A DNA stretch of 64,000 nucleotides from Kudoa neothunni. Lineage: Eukaryota > Animalia > Cnidaria. This document shows, in pieces, positions 39,418-53,330 of the stretch (positions within the stretch are counted from its first letter, which is position 1; each line of letters begins with the position of its first letter). The position numbers and the translations under genes were made by a program. Where the stretch lies: assembly GCA_964304625.1 (NCBI GenBank), contig OZ199838.1, forward strand, positions 4,489,354-4,553,353, read 5' to 3'. Under the pieces are notes generated by a model. The model saw only the letters and a list, made by a program, of their open reading frames with translations, had not been told where the DNA came from and made no database searches.

Positions 39418-41679
39418 TAGTGTTCCCAATCTTTTTTAGTTCTGACCCATATTTTTTTCAAAAAAATATCCTGTGACCTCCGTTAATATTGTAAATGTTT
39501 AATGGGGTTTAACGTTAACAATTTTAATTTTTTAATAATATTTATTTCCGGTATTTATATAATGAAAATCTTATAATGATTAAAACCGTATACTTTTGTA
39601 ATAATTATTTTTTATTTAGCATTAATTTTACTTTGACTTTTCAAGCTTGAATATCGGATTTTAAACTAATATCAAACCATCTTGTGTCGACTCATCACTC
39701 TTGCCTTTTAATTATCTCTGCCTGTTCATTATATTTAAATTAATGTCTTAAATATAATATTCCATTTTTAATGATTATTTTTGGCCCAATGGTATCATCC
39801 ATACAGTTACAAACTTCTAGTACTTAATATCTTTTCGCTTCAATATTCGATGGAGCGAGCGCAATTTTGTTTAGATATAATCTCTTCCTATTCATAAAAG
39901 TATGAAGACAACTGTAGCATGTTTTCTTGTGAATTCAATAAATCTAAATGTATACCAAATTCATTCGAACATAACTCGCTATTACCTAATATCAATAATT
40001 TTTAATACTTAGGGCATTTAAAACAAAATTTATTCAGCTAAAGAATTTTTTTTCTTTTAATTTAAAAAAATTATTAATAAAAGATTCAATATATTAGTGC
40101 GCAGATTAATTAAAATCAATTTTAAAAATTTTTTTTTGTGTTGTTCACACTAATATTTAAAAAAATCAATATAAACTAACACAAATTATTAATGTAATAT
40201 TAGTGTATATTTGATGAAGGTATGAGTAATCACGTTAATAACATACCAATTTGGTGTAGCATCGTATGATAGATATCTATTTTAATATAACATTAATTAT
40301 ATTATTTATCAACGTTTGCTTTGATATTAAAAAAATATTTAGACACTAAATATTTTTATTTATCTTTTAAAATATTCAACCTAACTATAAGAAAATTGAT
40401 AATTTAATTCAGGAATAAAATCAAATATAATATCCACATCGGGGTTATATATATCAGAAGTTAAAAAATTTATATTTTTATTAAAATTTTTAAGTGAGAC
40501 AAACATTATTATTACGCTAGATTATTTTGGTTTATAATTATTTTATTAATTTTGGAGGTTCTGACAAAATTTAAATTTTTTATTTTCCATTATATGTCAC
40601 GATGATTGAATTTTCTCAATTAAGTACGCTACAAAAAGTCAAAAATATTTTAAAAACATGCGGATAAAAATTTATGTAATTCCAAGTTATTTAAAATTAT
40701 TCACCGACTATTTTTTTAATCAGAAATAATATACATTTTATTACTTTATTAAATTGTGGTGACATAATAACATGTCTATTTGATTGAATACTTTATTAAT
40801 TAAATTCCTTTCTATATTAAATTTCTGGTTTGTTAAATAAATTATTTAAAAAATTTATTTCGTCGATTATAAATAATATGACAGGCATATAAGGATGTAA
40901 AAAAATGTAATTAGGATGTGCAGATTAAATTTTGATGAAACGTCTACAAACACATTATTTTGTATAATAAAAATCTTTAATTTCATATAAATTGATAATA
41001 TTATTTAATAAAATTCTTTCTGTATGAGAATTCGGGACGAATAATGCTTCCAATGCCTAGATTTGGGTTACTAAATCAGCGAGTGAACTGAAGTGTTTGA
41101 AAATACCTTCAAGTTTTAATAACTAAATTAAATATAAATTGTACCTCTTAAACACACTCTTTCAACTTAAATATTTTGTGAATGATCTTATTAAGTATTA
41201 TGCAATTAAAAGTAGAAAAAATTATGAAGTCAAACTGCTATGTGTCATGAAATTAAATGAGTCCAAGAAATGCATGAATAGTTACGTATCTAAAATTTAA
41301 TATACAGAAAAATTAACTCTTTCCTCTATCAGATTTTCGAGTTAAAGAACATTGCGTTAGCATCAAAAACAAACAAACAAACAAACGAACGAACGAAAGA
41401 GTGAGTATTGCCTGATTGGAACACGTGCTGATCATTTCAGCTGGCATGATGGGTCAAATTTGTATCGTTGCCAACCTTGAAGTGTGCGTTATTACTCATA
41501 AAACAACAATATGTAACTTAATTCAATATAATTTTTATAATTAATCAATATAAATCAAGTTTAAAAGTTAAAATAACATTTTCTAACCTGAGGGTATCCT
41601 ACACGGCATGGTTCTGCGTTTTCCTGCGCCGTCCAAATTAGTCAAAAAAATTTTCATGACCCCAGGTTAGAAAACGCTG
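39418..41679. mobile_element. Non-autonomous hAT (Buster/Charlie-like) element
   Basis: TAGTGTTCCCAATCT...AGGTTAGAAAACGCTG with GACCC subterminal motifs. Perfect 8-bp TSD CTCTAAGG (39410-17 and 41680-87). Confidence 0.82.
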
Positions 41680-42049
41680 CTCTAAGGCATTTTGATTTTT
41701 GTAAAAGTATAAATTTTACATTATCTGCTTGATTTATGGTAATTGATTAAATATTAAGACATTTTAAAATACATAGACTTGTATATGCTTTTAAGATAAT
41801 ATCCGCAAAGCAGCTGCTTAACTGTTGAGTTCTAGTCGCCTTCATGAAATCTGTAAGCATTGCATCATCTCACATGCAAACTACTAAAATTTTAAACCAA
41901 TATTAAAACAACATCCAATATTTGTTTAGGATAATAAACTGTATATTTTATCTTGAGCTGATGTAATTGATTTATGAGACTCAGACGCTTTTTGTTCGTA
42001 GTCCTCACGTTTTTTTGTTTCAACTTTATGATTGAAAATTCACTAAGTA

Positions 42050-43738
42050 ACACTTCCAACACTAGAAAATGGTCTAATTATAGATTAAGTTTATGCAAGG
42101 TTTACATTTCACCAATGACCATCTATAGTCTACAGAGTTGAAGTCCTGAAAAAATTCAATGTGTAATTTACACTTGAGTACATAAAATGTACCCTCTCAT
42201 ATGCGACTATGTGAATCATAAGTTCGATAATCCGAACAAAAATTGACGTCAACACTTCAACAAACACACAGTCTATAGCTATAACCTGAAAAAGTAAAAA
42301 ACCGCTTATTATTAAATTTATTTACCATTATAAATCGTCAAATATAATTGTAACCAACTTTTGATAGAAAACAACAAACAGCATAAAGCTAAATAAGCTT
42401 GTTTTTCATATATATAAATAATTTCTACCTATTTGAATTATAATTACTTTAGAGGATTGTATCGATTCCTTTAAAATTATCCAGTTTGTAGGATTAAGTT
42501 CAAGCTTATTGAAACGATTGGAAAAACAATACCCACAGTAGCCCACCTGTAAACTTCAATTAGAAAGCAAAGACACAGTGATAATTTTAAGTATATTTAT
42601 TTTACCACCACAAATATCGCTATGCTAAATATTCCTTCGATTGTGTTTACCTAAAGTGAAATTATCAATAGGGATGTACAAGAAATTTTCGCTGGACTTG
42701 ATACTTGCTCAGATGAATAGATGAATTTTTTGTTGAGTTTATTCTCAACAATCACACTTGCATATAAGCACGATTGACCAGTTAGAATTGATAGACCAAA
42801 ATCTTTTCAAATTGTAAATTGTTGTACATCAACTGTTACTTTTTAGTGTTGATAAAGAGGTTATGACAGTAGCATCTCTTGTGTAGTAGAGAGCTATCAC
42901 AATTAGACACAAACCTGCCTAAAGTAAAAATGAAAGTTCCCCACAAACGATATAATTGTTAAAAAAATTACCGAACATGAAAGGATTAATAAAAACTGAA
43001 ATAGAGATTCTTTTATATTTCTACATGAACACTACCATATTTATTGACAGTTATTTTTCTGATTCTGAAAAAGTGAAACGGATACCGAAACACATAAATG
43101 CATCAAAATTTGAATGGAATATAGCTGTTGAAAACTCGAACAAGATATCCAAATAAGACAATAATCTATATTATTATTAAAATTTAATTGATTTAAAGGA
43201 ATAATTTAGTATTATTCTCGAGTATCTAGCGGTTACACTTTGACTTAACTCAGACTTACTTGAAAGTAACCAACCAAATAAACTGAGCAATTCAGGAGCC
43301 ATATAGCACAATAATAAAAATCTATATTATTAGAATTTTGTACTAAGAATCTATTACATTGAATTAGGAGTCGTTCTGGTGTTCTTTCTCTAATTCCACA
43401 ATACATATTTCTAAATGAATACAGCTGCTTATTACAGATTAGGGAAATTTACATTTGAGGAAGGAATATTAAATAAATATTCTGCAAAAACCACGATCCA
43501 AAATATTCTACTACATACCAGAAATATTGAAACTATCCAAATCAGATTGAATTGTATGTTTTTTCCATAAATCGATCTAAATTGATTAAATAATTGAACA
43601 ACGATTATAAAATGGAGAACTGAGAATGTTTTCTAAAGATGGATTCATCTTTAAAGTTACTTAAAATCTAGAAGTTGTTTCCGTAATAAAATCTCAGCAC
43701 AGCTCACCGCTCACCACTAGGAAGAATGACCCTAGCAT
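42050..43738 (-). CDS. Putative multi-exon gene for a hydrophobic/membrane protein, unidentified
   Basis: Series of short GT..AG-bounded open segments: MLGSFFLV, YFYYCAIWLLNCSVYLVGYFQ, AGLCLIVIALYYTR, VNTIEGIFSIAIFVV. Exon phases are not fully resolved. Confidence 0.35.
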
Positions 43739-44870
43739 AAAATTTATTGCTGAAGTTATTTTAGACATATAATAAACGAATTTTTTGATAATACTTATCC
43801 TTTAGTCGACTTATGAAATTAAAATTTAATACACCTCTTCGTATCTCTGACCATGTATATCTCATACTTTAATATAAGTATTATCTCGAGATATATTTTT
43901 CAAAATAATTACGTTCAAAAATTATATAAAGGAATTTTAAACACTCATTTTTATTTATCACTTTTCCGTCATGTATATCCTCACTCAATTATATTATGCA
44001 CATTATTCGTTCAATATTACACACAGTATTGGAACCTTTGTTTAAATTCAAATATTTGATCTCTCGAGCGTTAATTTTTTCAATCTAAAAAATTATTTTA
44101 TTTAGAGATCTATCAGATGAAGCGAAAATAAGGTTTTAAGCATGTATCCAACATGCAATGGACAACAGTTTTTACACCTTGCATGATAGTTAAGGAAATT
44201 TATGAATTAAAATTTTGTGTTTCAAAATTATTTTCAATTTTTAGGAAAATTCGATTAGAAACTTAATATTTTTCGATAAATATATACTTACAAAATAATG
44301 AACGAATAGTTAATGCTTTATAGGTCCGACTATGTTGATTACACAAGAATTTTAGAACCCAAATGGTTGAAAGTGTGTCAATATTGTGTACTCAGATTAG
44401 TTTCTGTAATCTATGTAACTTAAAATAGCTTATAATTTTTGAATTGTTCTCAAATCCCATAAAAATTACTATTTTTTCACAACGACTATTTTAAGCTTGT
44501 ATACTTCTCGCTGCAATTTAATCGGTTTAATCAGGCCATAAATGAATATTTCACTCTCAGTTTCTTTTTATTCTATTAATTTCTATAGAAGAATCTAGTT
44601 TAAAATCACTTTTGTTAGATTATATTACTAGGATAAATAATTTGAAACAAATTTAATAAACGTAAGGTTTTTCTGATGTAGACAATAGTATTTTCTTTTC
44701 ATCAGAGCCTTTTGAGTAAGTAATACAATACAATCTTTACGACTCAAAAATAATTGGTCTTATAAATTATTAAAGTTTCAGTAATAATAGAAACTTCTAA
44801 TTATACATTTCTATGTATATAAAAAGTTATAATTACCTAATGAAACACTTTGTTGATAAAACGTCTTTAA

Positions 44871-45950
44871 CCTTCTGATTCACTAAAAAACTATCTTCGG
44901 AAGTCTTTTGGGGTCAACTTTGACCCCAGATTATTATTTGATAAACTAGTTCCAAAAATTGTTACCCATCCAATTTTCTGTTATTTTAAATTTCTATCGA
45001 CTAGTTTTTTAGTAAAAAAATGTGAAATATAACGGTTAATCCTGTTAACTCTTTTACATAATTATTCGGAAGTTGTTAGGAAATGATCGTAAAATGTAAG
45101 CCACTGTTTAATAGATAATTTATTGTTTAAAATAATAATTCCAATTCTTTTTTTCGAAAAATATTTCAATTTTAATCCTCCATAAACAATAATTTAATAA
45201 ATAACCTAAAATAACAATTATTATTTATTTTCACTTAGATCGTATTATTTTTTCAGTTTTTTTAATCTAAATTAGCGCGGAGCCCCGACTTTGTAAGGTT
45301 ATTCAAATATTTTGAGTTGATGAATCCCTTTAAAACCATTAAAAAATACACTTATACTCATAATTAACCCATAGGATGGACGAAACTAAAATATTATTAA
45401 AGGATATCGCACAAGCTGTCTATCAACCTCTCATGGACCCAAATCTACGGAAAGGGAAATTGTCAAGTAAAATCAAACTATTTAAGGACCCAAAGTAACA
45501 GTTTCCGAGTAGCCGAAAATGGCGTCGATGTGAATATTGTCTTCGAGGAACTGATAAAAAAAGTCAAACCACATGCTCATGTTGCAATAAATACTATTGC
45601 TCAGTTCATTCATGAAGAAATGTAAGAATCGTTTAAATAATTAGATAATTCGGATCAAATTATTAAAGATTTATATAATTTTTTTGTGAGGAATATAGAG
45701 TCTTCAATTTATTAATTAGAATAATGAACGTGAAGTATCATTTTTCGTACGATCATTCGCGAACAGGATCCGAGATTATTAATAAGGCATTAACACAGAT
45801 TAAATGATATATTAATCACCATTTTACAAAAAAAATGAGTCGATTGAATTCATAAAACATCACTTCTTTAGTTTTTAAAAAATATTTATAGTATAATCGT
45901 AAAATAAAAACTTGGGGTCAATTTGATCCCAAAAGTCCTCCGAAAATAAA
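44871..45950 (+). mobile_element. Internally deleted piggyBac retaining only the C-terminal cysteine-rich domain
   Basis: TTAA|CCTTCTGA end. Inverted subterminal motifs TTCGGAAGTCTTTTGGGGTCAACTTTGACCCCA (~44900) and TGGGGTCAATTTGATCCCAAAAGTCCTCCGAA (~45915). 45519-45612 encodes WRRCEYCLRGTDKKSQTTCSCCNKYYCSVH. Right terminus uncertain. Confidence 0.72.
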
Positions 45951-46529
45951 AATATTGTTCATACTATAATTGTGATTATTTTCCCCCTGATTTTATTATT
46001 ATATGCTGTACAAAAATTTAGGAAAATATATGAAAAATTGTGGTATTTAAAGAGCACACAAAGATGAATGTTGGTTTTAATAATACTTTGGGTTCAAATT
46101 GACAACGTAAACTCTCAAAGCACAGATTAGGCACCTGGTGATTCCCTTTTTGATCGATATATATATAGCAGTGCAGAGATACTACGCACTTTTTTGGGAC
46201 AAACCTTTTAGGTGCGTAATATCTCTGCAGTACGCAGTATACATGCTCGCGCGCGGTCGTATTGTGTATTTAAAAAAGCAGTGGCTATTCTCATGGAAAC
46301 GAATAACTCCTCCTTTATAGAAGATATTTCAAATTTGATTTCATATTTGAGTTTAGCTATTTTTAGTCTAATTTGGTATGAAAAAATTGTTGGAAAACTT
46401 TAAAAATAAAAATTCGACGTTTACCTTCCCTGTTTACACTATTGAATAATAGTTCACCTCATTTTTATAGTCTAATATTATGTAATATAAATATTGTAAT
46501 TAAAATAAAATGTAAACATATCCAATGGT

Positions 46530-47005
46530 TTTTTTGTTTACAAGGTAAAACCTTTGGCGCAACTTAATAGGTTGTGGAATTCTGGTTGGTCAGACCTCTT
46601 CCATTACGCTGTAGGCACCGCAGGACGTAGCATGAAATCCCGCCCCTTATCCTTATGCAATAGAGCGTGGGACTTTAGCCCACTAAACATCCTCCTCTCA
46701 GGGTGACCACCACCTCACACCCTTCTCTTTAAGGGCGTTTGCTCTGTCAGACATGCAAATTACTTGCCTTTCGATGGGCTCCGGAGATCCCAACTCCTAT
46801 TCGCGCTCACCCACTTCACATGAATTAGACTGCTGATGCACCCCACCTCTCAACGAGCGTACACTGTAACTACAGCTCCCAATATGGGATAGAGACCCAC
46901 CGACATGGAAGCAGTAGTCTGACCACCGGCGGATTTGAACCTATTACCATACGGTTCTGAGCCCAAGTGTCACTCCGATGTGCTATCTGTCCTCGGCGTG
47001 ATGTC
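46530..47005 (-). mobile_element. tRNA-headed SINE, subfamily B
   Basis: Minus-strand head GGACAGATAGCACATCGG...GGTTCAAATCC (A and B boxes). The 3' ~190 nt are shared with subfamily A. Degenerate TSD CATATCCAATGGT / CATGTCTAACGGT. Confidence 0.72.
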
Positions 47006-47329
47006 CATGTCTAACGGTGGTTAGAAACCTTTAGTTTAATACGTTTCAACGCACGCAGTTTAACTTGGAATAAGTCATCTCCAATCTTTTACGAAGCATA
47101 TACGTTTCTATCTAAACATTTTTTAATATAAATTTAACAAAATTGTCATCAATTAATGGATATTAATTTTATTCGAACTATTTTACATCGATGTAAACAA
47201 CTTTTCATGTGTATATAAAGGATTGTACCATAATTTGGGGGAATTTTCGTTCTTTTGTCACTACAAATGTATTTACTTTAATCAGGAGTATGAGAAAGGT
47301 TTTTATGAATACAGATCCTATAAATACAG

Positions 47330-49500
47330 GAACCTACTAGTTTAAATTTAAGAATAAACCTATACTTCTTAATTTAAACTCATTTATCAATTTCTAACAA
47401 GCAGGGTGATTCTGAATTTTCTGCATTAATTCCTCTGGTAATGTCTCAATGGGTAAATTTAAAAAATGAAAATCTTTGAATGGTGATTTTTGGGGTAAGT
47501 TTTCTTTGATTTTTGTAAAGCGAGCTAACAAAGAAATGTAGTAAGTATTAAAATAAACAATGTTGGAGTTAAAATAACGGTTAATTCGTCCTTGAGCATT
47601 TTAAATTGTTCTGAAAATTTTCATTTCAAGATTGTAAACACTTGCTTCCGATACTGAGAAATATGTAATTTTAATAGTTCGGAAAAATCAATTCTAATTA
47701 AAAAATGTTATTATAATTATTTCAAAATATTAAAAACAAAAAATTTATATAAAATTAATACTAGATTATACTAATAGAAATTATAGTCGCTGGATCAAGT
47801 TCTGTACTTAAAGGAGAAACTTAAATACGCCAAATAATTATAACCAATCCATACAGTTCGCAGAAAACTCACCATTTCAAACAAAAATGTTGTTGGGTGT
47901 TTAATTGATCTGGTGACTTTCTCGCTCTCGTCGGTTTTTGATAAGTAATTCAAAGCGGGGCACACTGATGGTAAATTATACTTGCAAATCGTTTGTGTGT
48001 TCAGGGAATTCCGATACTTTTTATTTGCATACAATAAAGACGAGAAGCCCACCTCATATACCATCTTGTGCAGAAAAACCTAGAAAATCCCTTATTTTAT
48101 ATTGAGTCAGATTTTAATTTAAACATTGAGGCAACGGGTTATGAAAAATTCAGAAAATTCAAAACAGATGCCTTCTTAATGTACCTGAATAAAAACAACT
48201 AATTATTCTGTTAAAATTGACATTCATTTATCTAAATATATAAAAGAATGCTTTGATTTTTGTTGTATCAACATTTATAGAGATCATTTAGCTTAAATTC
48301 ATATCATAGGCCAGGTACAAATTCGAGTATAAAACTTAAAATGTAACAATAAAGAATATACAATTAAATGATGGATTTCAAATTTAGACAGAAGACAAAG
48401 TTTAAACCACATCGTAGTTTTATGGTTAAAGATCCAGATTATTTCTAAGTAGATAAAAATGCCGACAACCAAAGTACAGATACAGCATAAGCATAAAAAT
48501 ATGTTACATTAAAAGACAACACAGTTACGATTTTACCTGAGAATAGCGAGTGGTAGACTTTGTAAGTTGAATAGTTCTAATATAAACTATGTCTTTTCTT
48601 CCAGATTTCGTAGAATTAGGTGAAATAAATTATTCATAAATAAATTTCCATATTTCATTTTTTGAATAGGAACTAATTGATAACGAAACAACCAATAAAA
48701 TTAATACACGCATTACGTCCTTACATTATTTAAACAGGGACAAACGAAAATTACAAAATGAATATATTAAGATTAATATTTAAATTTATTCTAGAACGAC
48801 CCCAGCACCTCCAATGATGGCTCTGCGCACCCCTAGGGGATGCGGACACCCAGTGTAGAGAAACGCTGATCCAAAATCATATTAAAAAGTGTAATATATT
48901 TGGTATAAACATTTTAAATTGATATTTTGATGAATATATCAAATATAAATAAAGTGAAGATCTAAAAAATACTGTTCAAATGAAAAATGGAATAGTTCGA
49001 AATCACTCCATCATATCAAATATTCTTCTCCTGTTTTAGCTGAAGTAAGAAAATTCAATACATATTTCCTTCTTAATTATTAATCAAAAGGAATTAAGTC
49101 AAATAATACTTCATATTATATTTAAAAATTTAACCCTAAAATTATTTTACATTAATCTATATTTATGTTATAAATAACCAAATTAGTGTGAATTAAAAAA
49201 AGTTTAAAAGAAACAAACAGTTCTTATTATTGTTAATTTTTCATTAATAATGAAACTCCGGGTAATTACATCACATATCCGATAATTTCCTTTTTTTTTG
49301 GTTTAATTAAGATCATAAATCAAAATTAACATTGTGGGGTCTTCATAACCATCATCATTAGATTCTTTTAAATGCGTAAGCTCAGGTATATTATTATTAT
49401 TACCATTAATATCGAGCTATAATCGTTATAATGCAAAATAATCCATACCGGCCTGAGGAAAAAATATTTTAACAAGTTCGCAAACTTAGATATTAAAAGT
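47330..49500 (-). CDS. Putative multi-exon gene, unidentified
   Basis: Splice-bounded open exons such as VFLHKMVYEVGFSSLLYANKKY...HPTTFLFEM|GTGAGT (48080-47872) and LDINGNNNNIPELTHLKESNDDGYEDPT (~49335-49415). No recognisable domain. Confidence 0.35.
48800..48868. mobile_element. Isolated hAT-type right terminus
   Basis: GCGCACCCCTAGGGGATGCGGACACCCAGTGTAGAGAAACGCTG; the terminal AAACGCTG matches the hAT end at 41679. Confidence 0.45.
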
Positions 49501-49941
49501 TTAATAAATTATACCATATTATGATTATATAGACCAACTTTAAATTTTAAAATTGAAATATTTTTATAAAACCGCTCCGAAATATTAAAAAATAACGAGG
49601 GCCTATAAGGACTCTAGATTAATCCGGAAGATGTCTAATAATAATAATTTTCGAAAAATGTCCATTAATATCTCAACATATTTGCTGAATGAATTAATAC
49701 ACAATAGAAGAACCGAAAGTTTTTTTAACTCGCTCAATTCATTAACTTTTGTGATAATGAATTACAATTTAAGTTGAGGTTCAAATGGACTCCATTTTGT
49801 TCGGAGGGTTAAAAAAAATTTTATTTGTAGTTTCATGCTAAATAATGAGATAGAGATGATAAACTCGGAAACCCACCATCAAAATTTGAAGGTTTAAATA
49901 TCGAGAAAATTGTAAAATAAAATAAAAAATGCGAAAAAAGT

Positions 49942-52900
49942 TCATTCTATCCATGCATAGGGTACCATTGTCTGTTTGTTGCTGACAATGAATTCACCAA
50001 GAGCTGTGACAGTATCACTATAGTTTCCTCTGTAGAGAATAAAATCTATGATTTGTCTAAATTTTCTGAATATTTTCCAAGAATTTTTATTTTCCTTCAT
50101 GATTTTGTTAATCTCTTGGATATTTATCTTTTCGCTTGATTTATAAACGTGTAACATTTTCTAGACATAAAGTAAGTTAGTTGCTGAAGTATTTCTCCAT
50201 AACAACGATGATTTTAATGTGAGAATAATACTTACCTTTTGTAACGTAAAGGCCCTATCCAAGTTTTTAGTTTTATAGGGACAAATGGTGATGGTTAGCG
50301 GTTTAAATTGGGCGTTGTAAATTTTTTTCAAGTTCTATATTCATAAATATATATGTTTATGTATATGTCTGCAGGGAGAGTCGGATTATCAAATATATAT
50401 TACTTTAGGTTTGAGAATCATTATAGGAATGAATCCACTTGAGATATCGTTTGCGAGGGTGCTCTTCGTGATACCGTATTTTAGAATATTTTTTTTGTTA
50501 TCTTTGTATTGGATAAATTGATCGTTTTCCTTCAATGAACTGAACGTACTATCATCACAATATAATCTGTTTATTAGAAGGTCGGGATTGTTATCATTAT
50601 AATTATTAATGTTGGTAACTATACAAATATTTTTGGTGGCATTGTGAATAGAAATTATTACCCAATGTAGCATGTCTTATTCGATAAGAGTAGTGCTGGG
50701 TAAGACTGTGAAGTATTTTTGTGTTAACATCGGTAGGTTTTCCTATTCAGAAGTTTGTCACACGTAGTATTCGTATATTAGATAATTACCCACAATAACT
50801 ACGCACTTGTAGTCGAAATTATTGACAAAAACCATTTTCTCTACATCTACAGGATCAATATCTTTTGGGAGTGATGTATATTCGGTAGTAGTTTCTAATT
50901 TTAAAATAGCATCATTTCAGTCATTGACAATTATAATGAATATATGTGATTTTTTACTAGCAGTCGAACCATGGTAACTAGTTCTGATAATTCTTTTCAT
51001 AGAAGATTCAACAATAGTACTATAATGTTCACCAATAATCGAATCGTAGGTGTACATCCAAGAGGGTTGAATAAGAACAAAAGGAAAATAATGGTTGATA
51101 GCAACGAGTCGTTCTATTTTACAATAATCCTTCGAAGAGTACGCATTCGTTTTATTCTTAAGCACCTCCCTTCTTTGAACAGAAATATCTGTATGAAGAG
51201 ATACAATAAGTCCTTTTTTGAATTTCTCGTTATGAGTGGGGAAGTAGAAGGTATGACTATTTTTGAACCGATATAATGTTCCACCTTTTATTGTTTCAAC
51301 TAAGAAAAGTTAGTTTAATAAGTTGTAGATTAATTATCTCTATTCTAGACGTAATATTGTAAATTTCATACTTATTTTGATGTCACTACGCGGGACCACT
51401 TTTCTTGTTAGGATTGTTATTTTTCCCTCACAACTCTTCAATAATCGACTTATGTCTTGAACGAGAATGGTTGCCACCGATTCATTTATTCTTCTATAGC
51501 TATACAGTTTGTCAGTTATATTGACGCCATTAACCGCTATGATTTTTTCGCCAATGTGCACACCCCCACCTCTTTCCACCAAAAGACCAGGTTTGATACA
51601 GGTGATCACACACTCCAACTCAGGGTTCAGCGAAAACACGATACCTAGTGGAATGGATAGTGATTTCCTATAAATTTTTGAAACTTTGAATTCTAACATC
51701 TATACGACCAACCAATTTCAAGTGATTGTCATTCACACGTTCTTATTACCCCATATTCTCCTTCAGAGTTTATGTCCCAATCGCACAACCCATATTTAAT
51801 TTTCTCAAACTCCATTGAATCATCTGTTTTGATAGCTGCACAGTTCTGAAATTTTACATAGAAATTATCCAGATGAATTAATCGTCTCAAACCTGAATCC
51901 AGTCACAGCTATAGAGTTGTTCGATTGTTAATCTTTTGGTTAGATTAAAGTTAAAACATTTTAAAAGTGTTGGAATCATTTTTTTCGGAACGAAGCCCCA
52001 AAGTTCGCTGTTTTCCATAACATTCTCAATCATATCTGTCTCTTTATCCCATACCTAAATAGCATAAATTTCGTAATTGAACCATCGCAAATTAGCTCTC
52101 ATATTATATAAATAAATATAAACTTAATTCTAATTCTGATAGTAAATAAACTTAAAATCAACATGGAGAATATACGAAAATTTAATATATTCTAGTTAAC
52201 TCTCTTTAATTCAAAATTATTTGTTTTTAGTTTTGCATAAAAGAATAAAATTACATAATCTCCAATAGAGTAAGAAGATGCTCTGGTGTACCAATTTTGA
52301 TAAGCGAATTCTTTCGGGATGTTGAGAGTAAATAACACAAAAATTATCATTGCTATACACATTAATGAACATGACGTATTTATAAGGTGTAACTTGTTAC
52401 TTACCAACACTCCATGTGTCACTTGTAAATGAAAACGATTGCTGAAGATGTAATTCAGGCGAAATAAAAATATCACTATTCAAAGAGTCTAGGTTAAATT
52501 TATGCATCTTTGGCCTTGTATCCATTTTCACGCAAGTAGTAATATCTTTGATTAAAATCCGTGCTTGATAACCCAAAATTGTGTCGAAAGAAGGATTGTA
52601 ATCAATGTCTTTGATTGAAATAATATGAGGCTAAAAATTTATATTTGGCGCTCCAATCATCCCGTTGATTACCCGTAAGAATAACAGAACAAAATTTTGA
52701 CTATGAAGGTAGTTGACTGCCGAAATTATTTGTTTGATTATAACTCTATATTGTTCATTCTCACTTGGTTTATAAAATAAAAAATTTTCTTATACTTGAT
52801 GGCATATTTAGAAAATTTAATGTTGTTTTTCCTGCAAAATGTGATAACATTGCACAAATCTACTGGATAAAACCTAAAAATATATTCTATAAATCTGAAA

Positions 52901-53330
52901 TTAAAGTGTTTTATTTAGAGGAAAATTATAATCAAATATATATGAAATATATTTTTTGGTTTTTTAAATTAACGTTATTTTTAGTATTTACTCTTTTACA
53001 ACAAGAACAATATGGTCGACCGTGTTTAGTATTCCAATCTGTATTATTTTCACTAAATCTCCAACATAATAAATACGCTTTTAAATATGAACTCACTTAT
53101 GTTGCTATGAGCTCCTTTTCTCAATGTTTCTAGGTTTTTCGACAAATCTACCACAATTTTATTCAACTGATACTTTATTAGAACGGATTACAGTGATAAT
53201 CGAAATTTGTCAACTTTTCGTATTGTTTGAGATTCACACAGATAGTGTTTTCGCTTTTGTCAACACGTAGTGGTAATATGTTGCAATTAAACCATCCATA
53301 TGTGGTCTTCTTTAAACTCACTAAAATAGG
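49942..53330 (-). CDS. CASK: Highly divergent CASK/Lin-2-like MAGUK (CaMK-like pseudokinase, PDZ, degenerate SH3, GuK); 5' end may extend to ~53.9 kb
   Basis: Exons in order: DLSKNLETLRKGAHSNI; DLCNVI; IKQIISAVNYLHSQNFVLLFLR|PHII; FISPE..SDTWSVAMIIFVLF; WGFVP..RLTIEQLYSCDWI; PDZ (PLGIVF..CVITCIKPG..GVHIGEKIIAVNG, 51340-51699); FKKGLIV..IQPS; GuK (QFIQY..YGIT..GFIPIMILKP, AQFKPLTITICP, IDFIL..VPYAW*). Kinase+PDZ+GuK is the CASK architecture. Confidence 0.72.
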
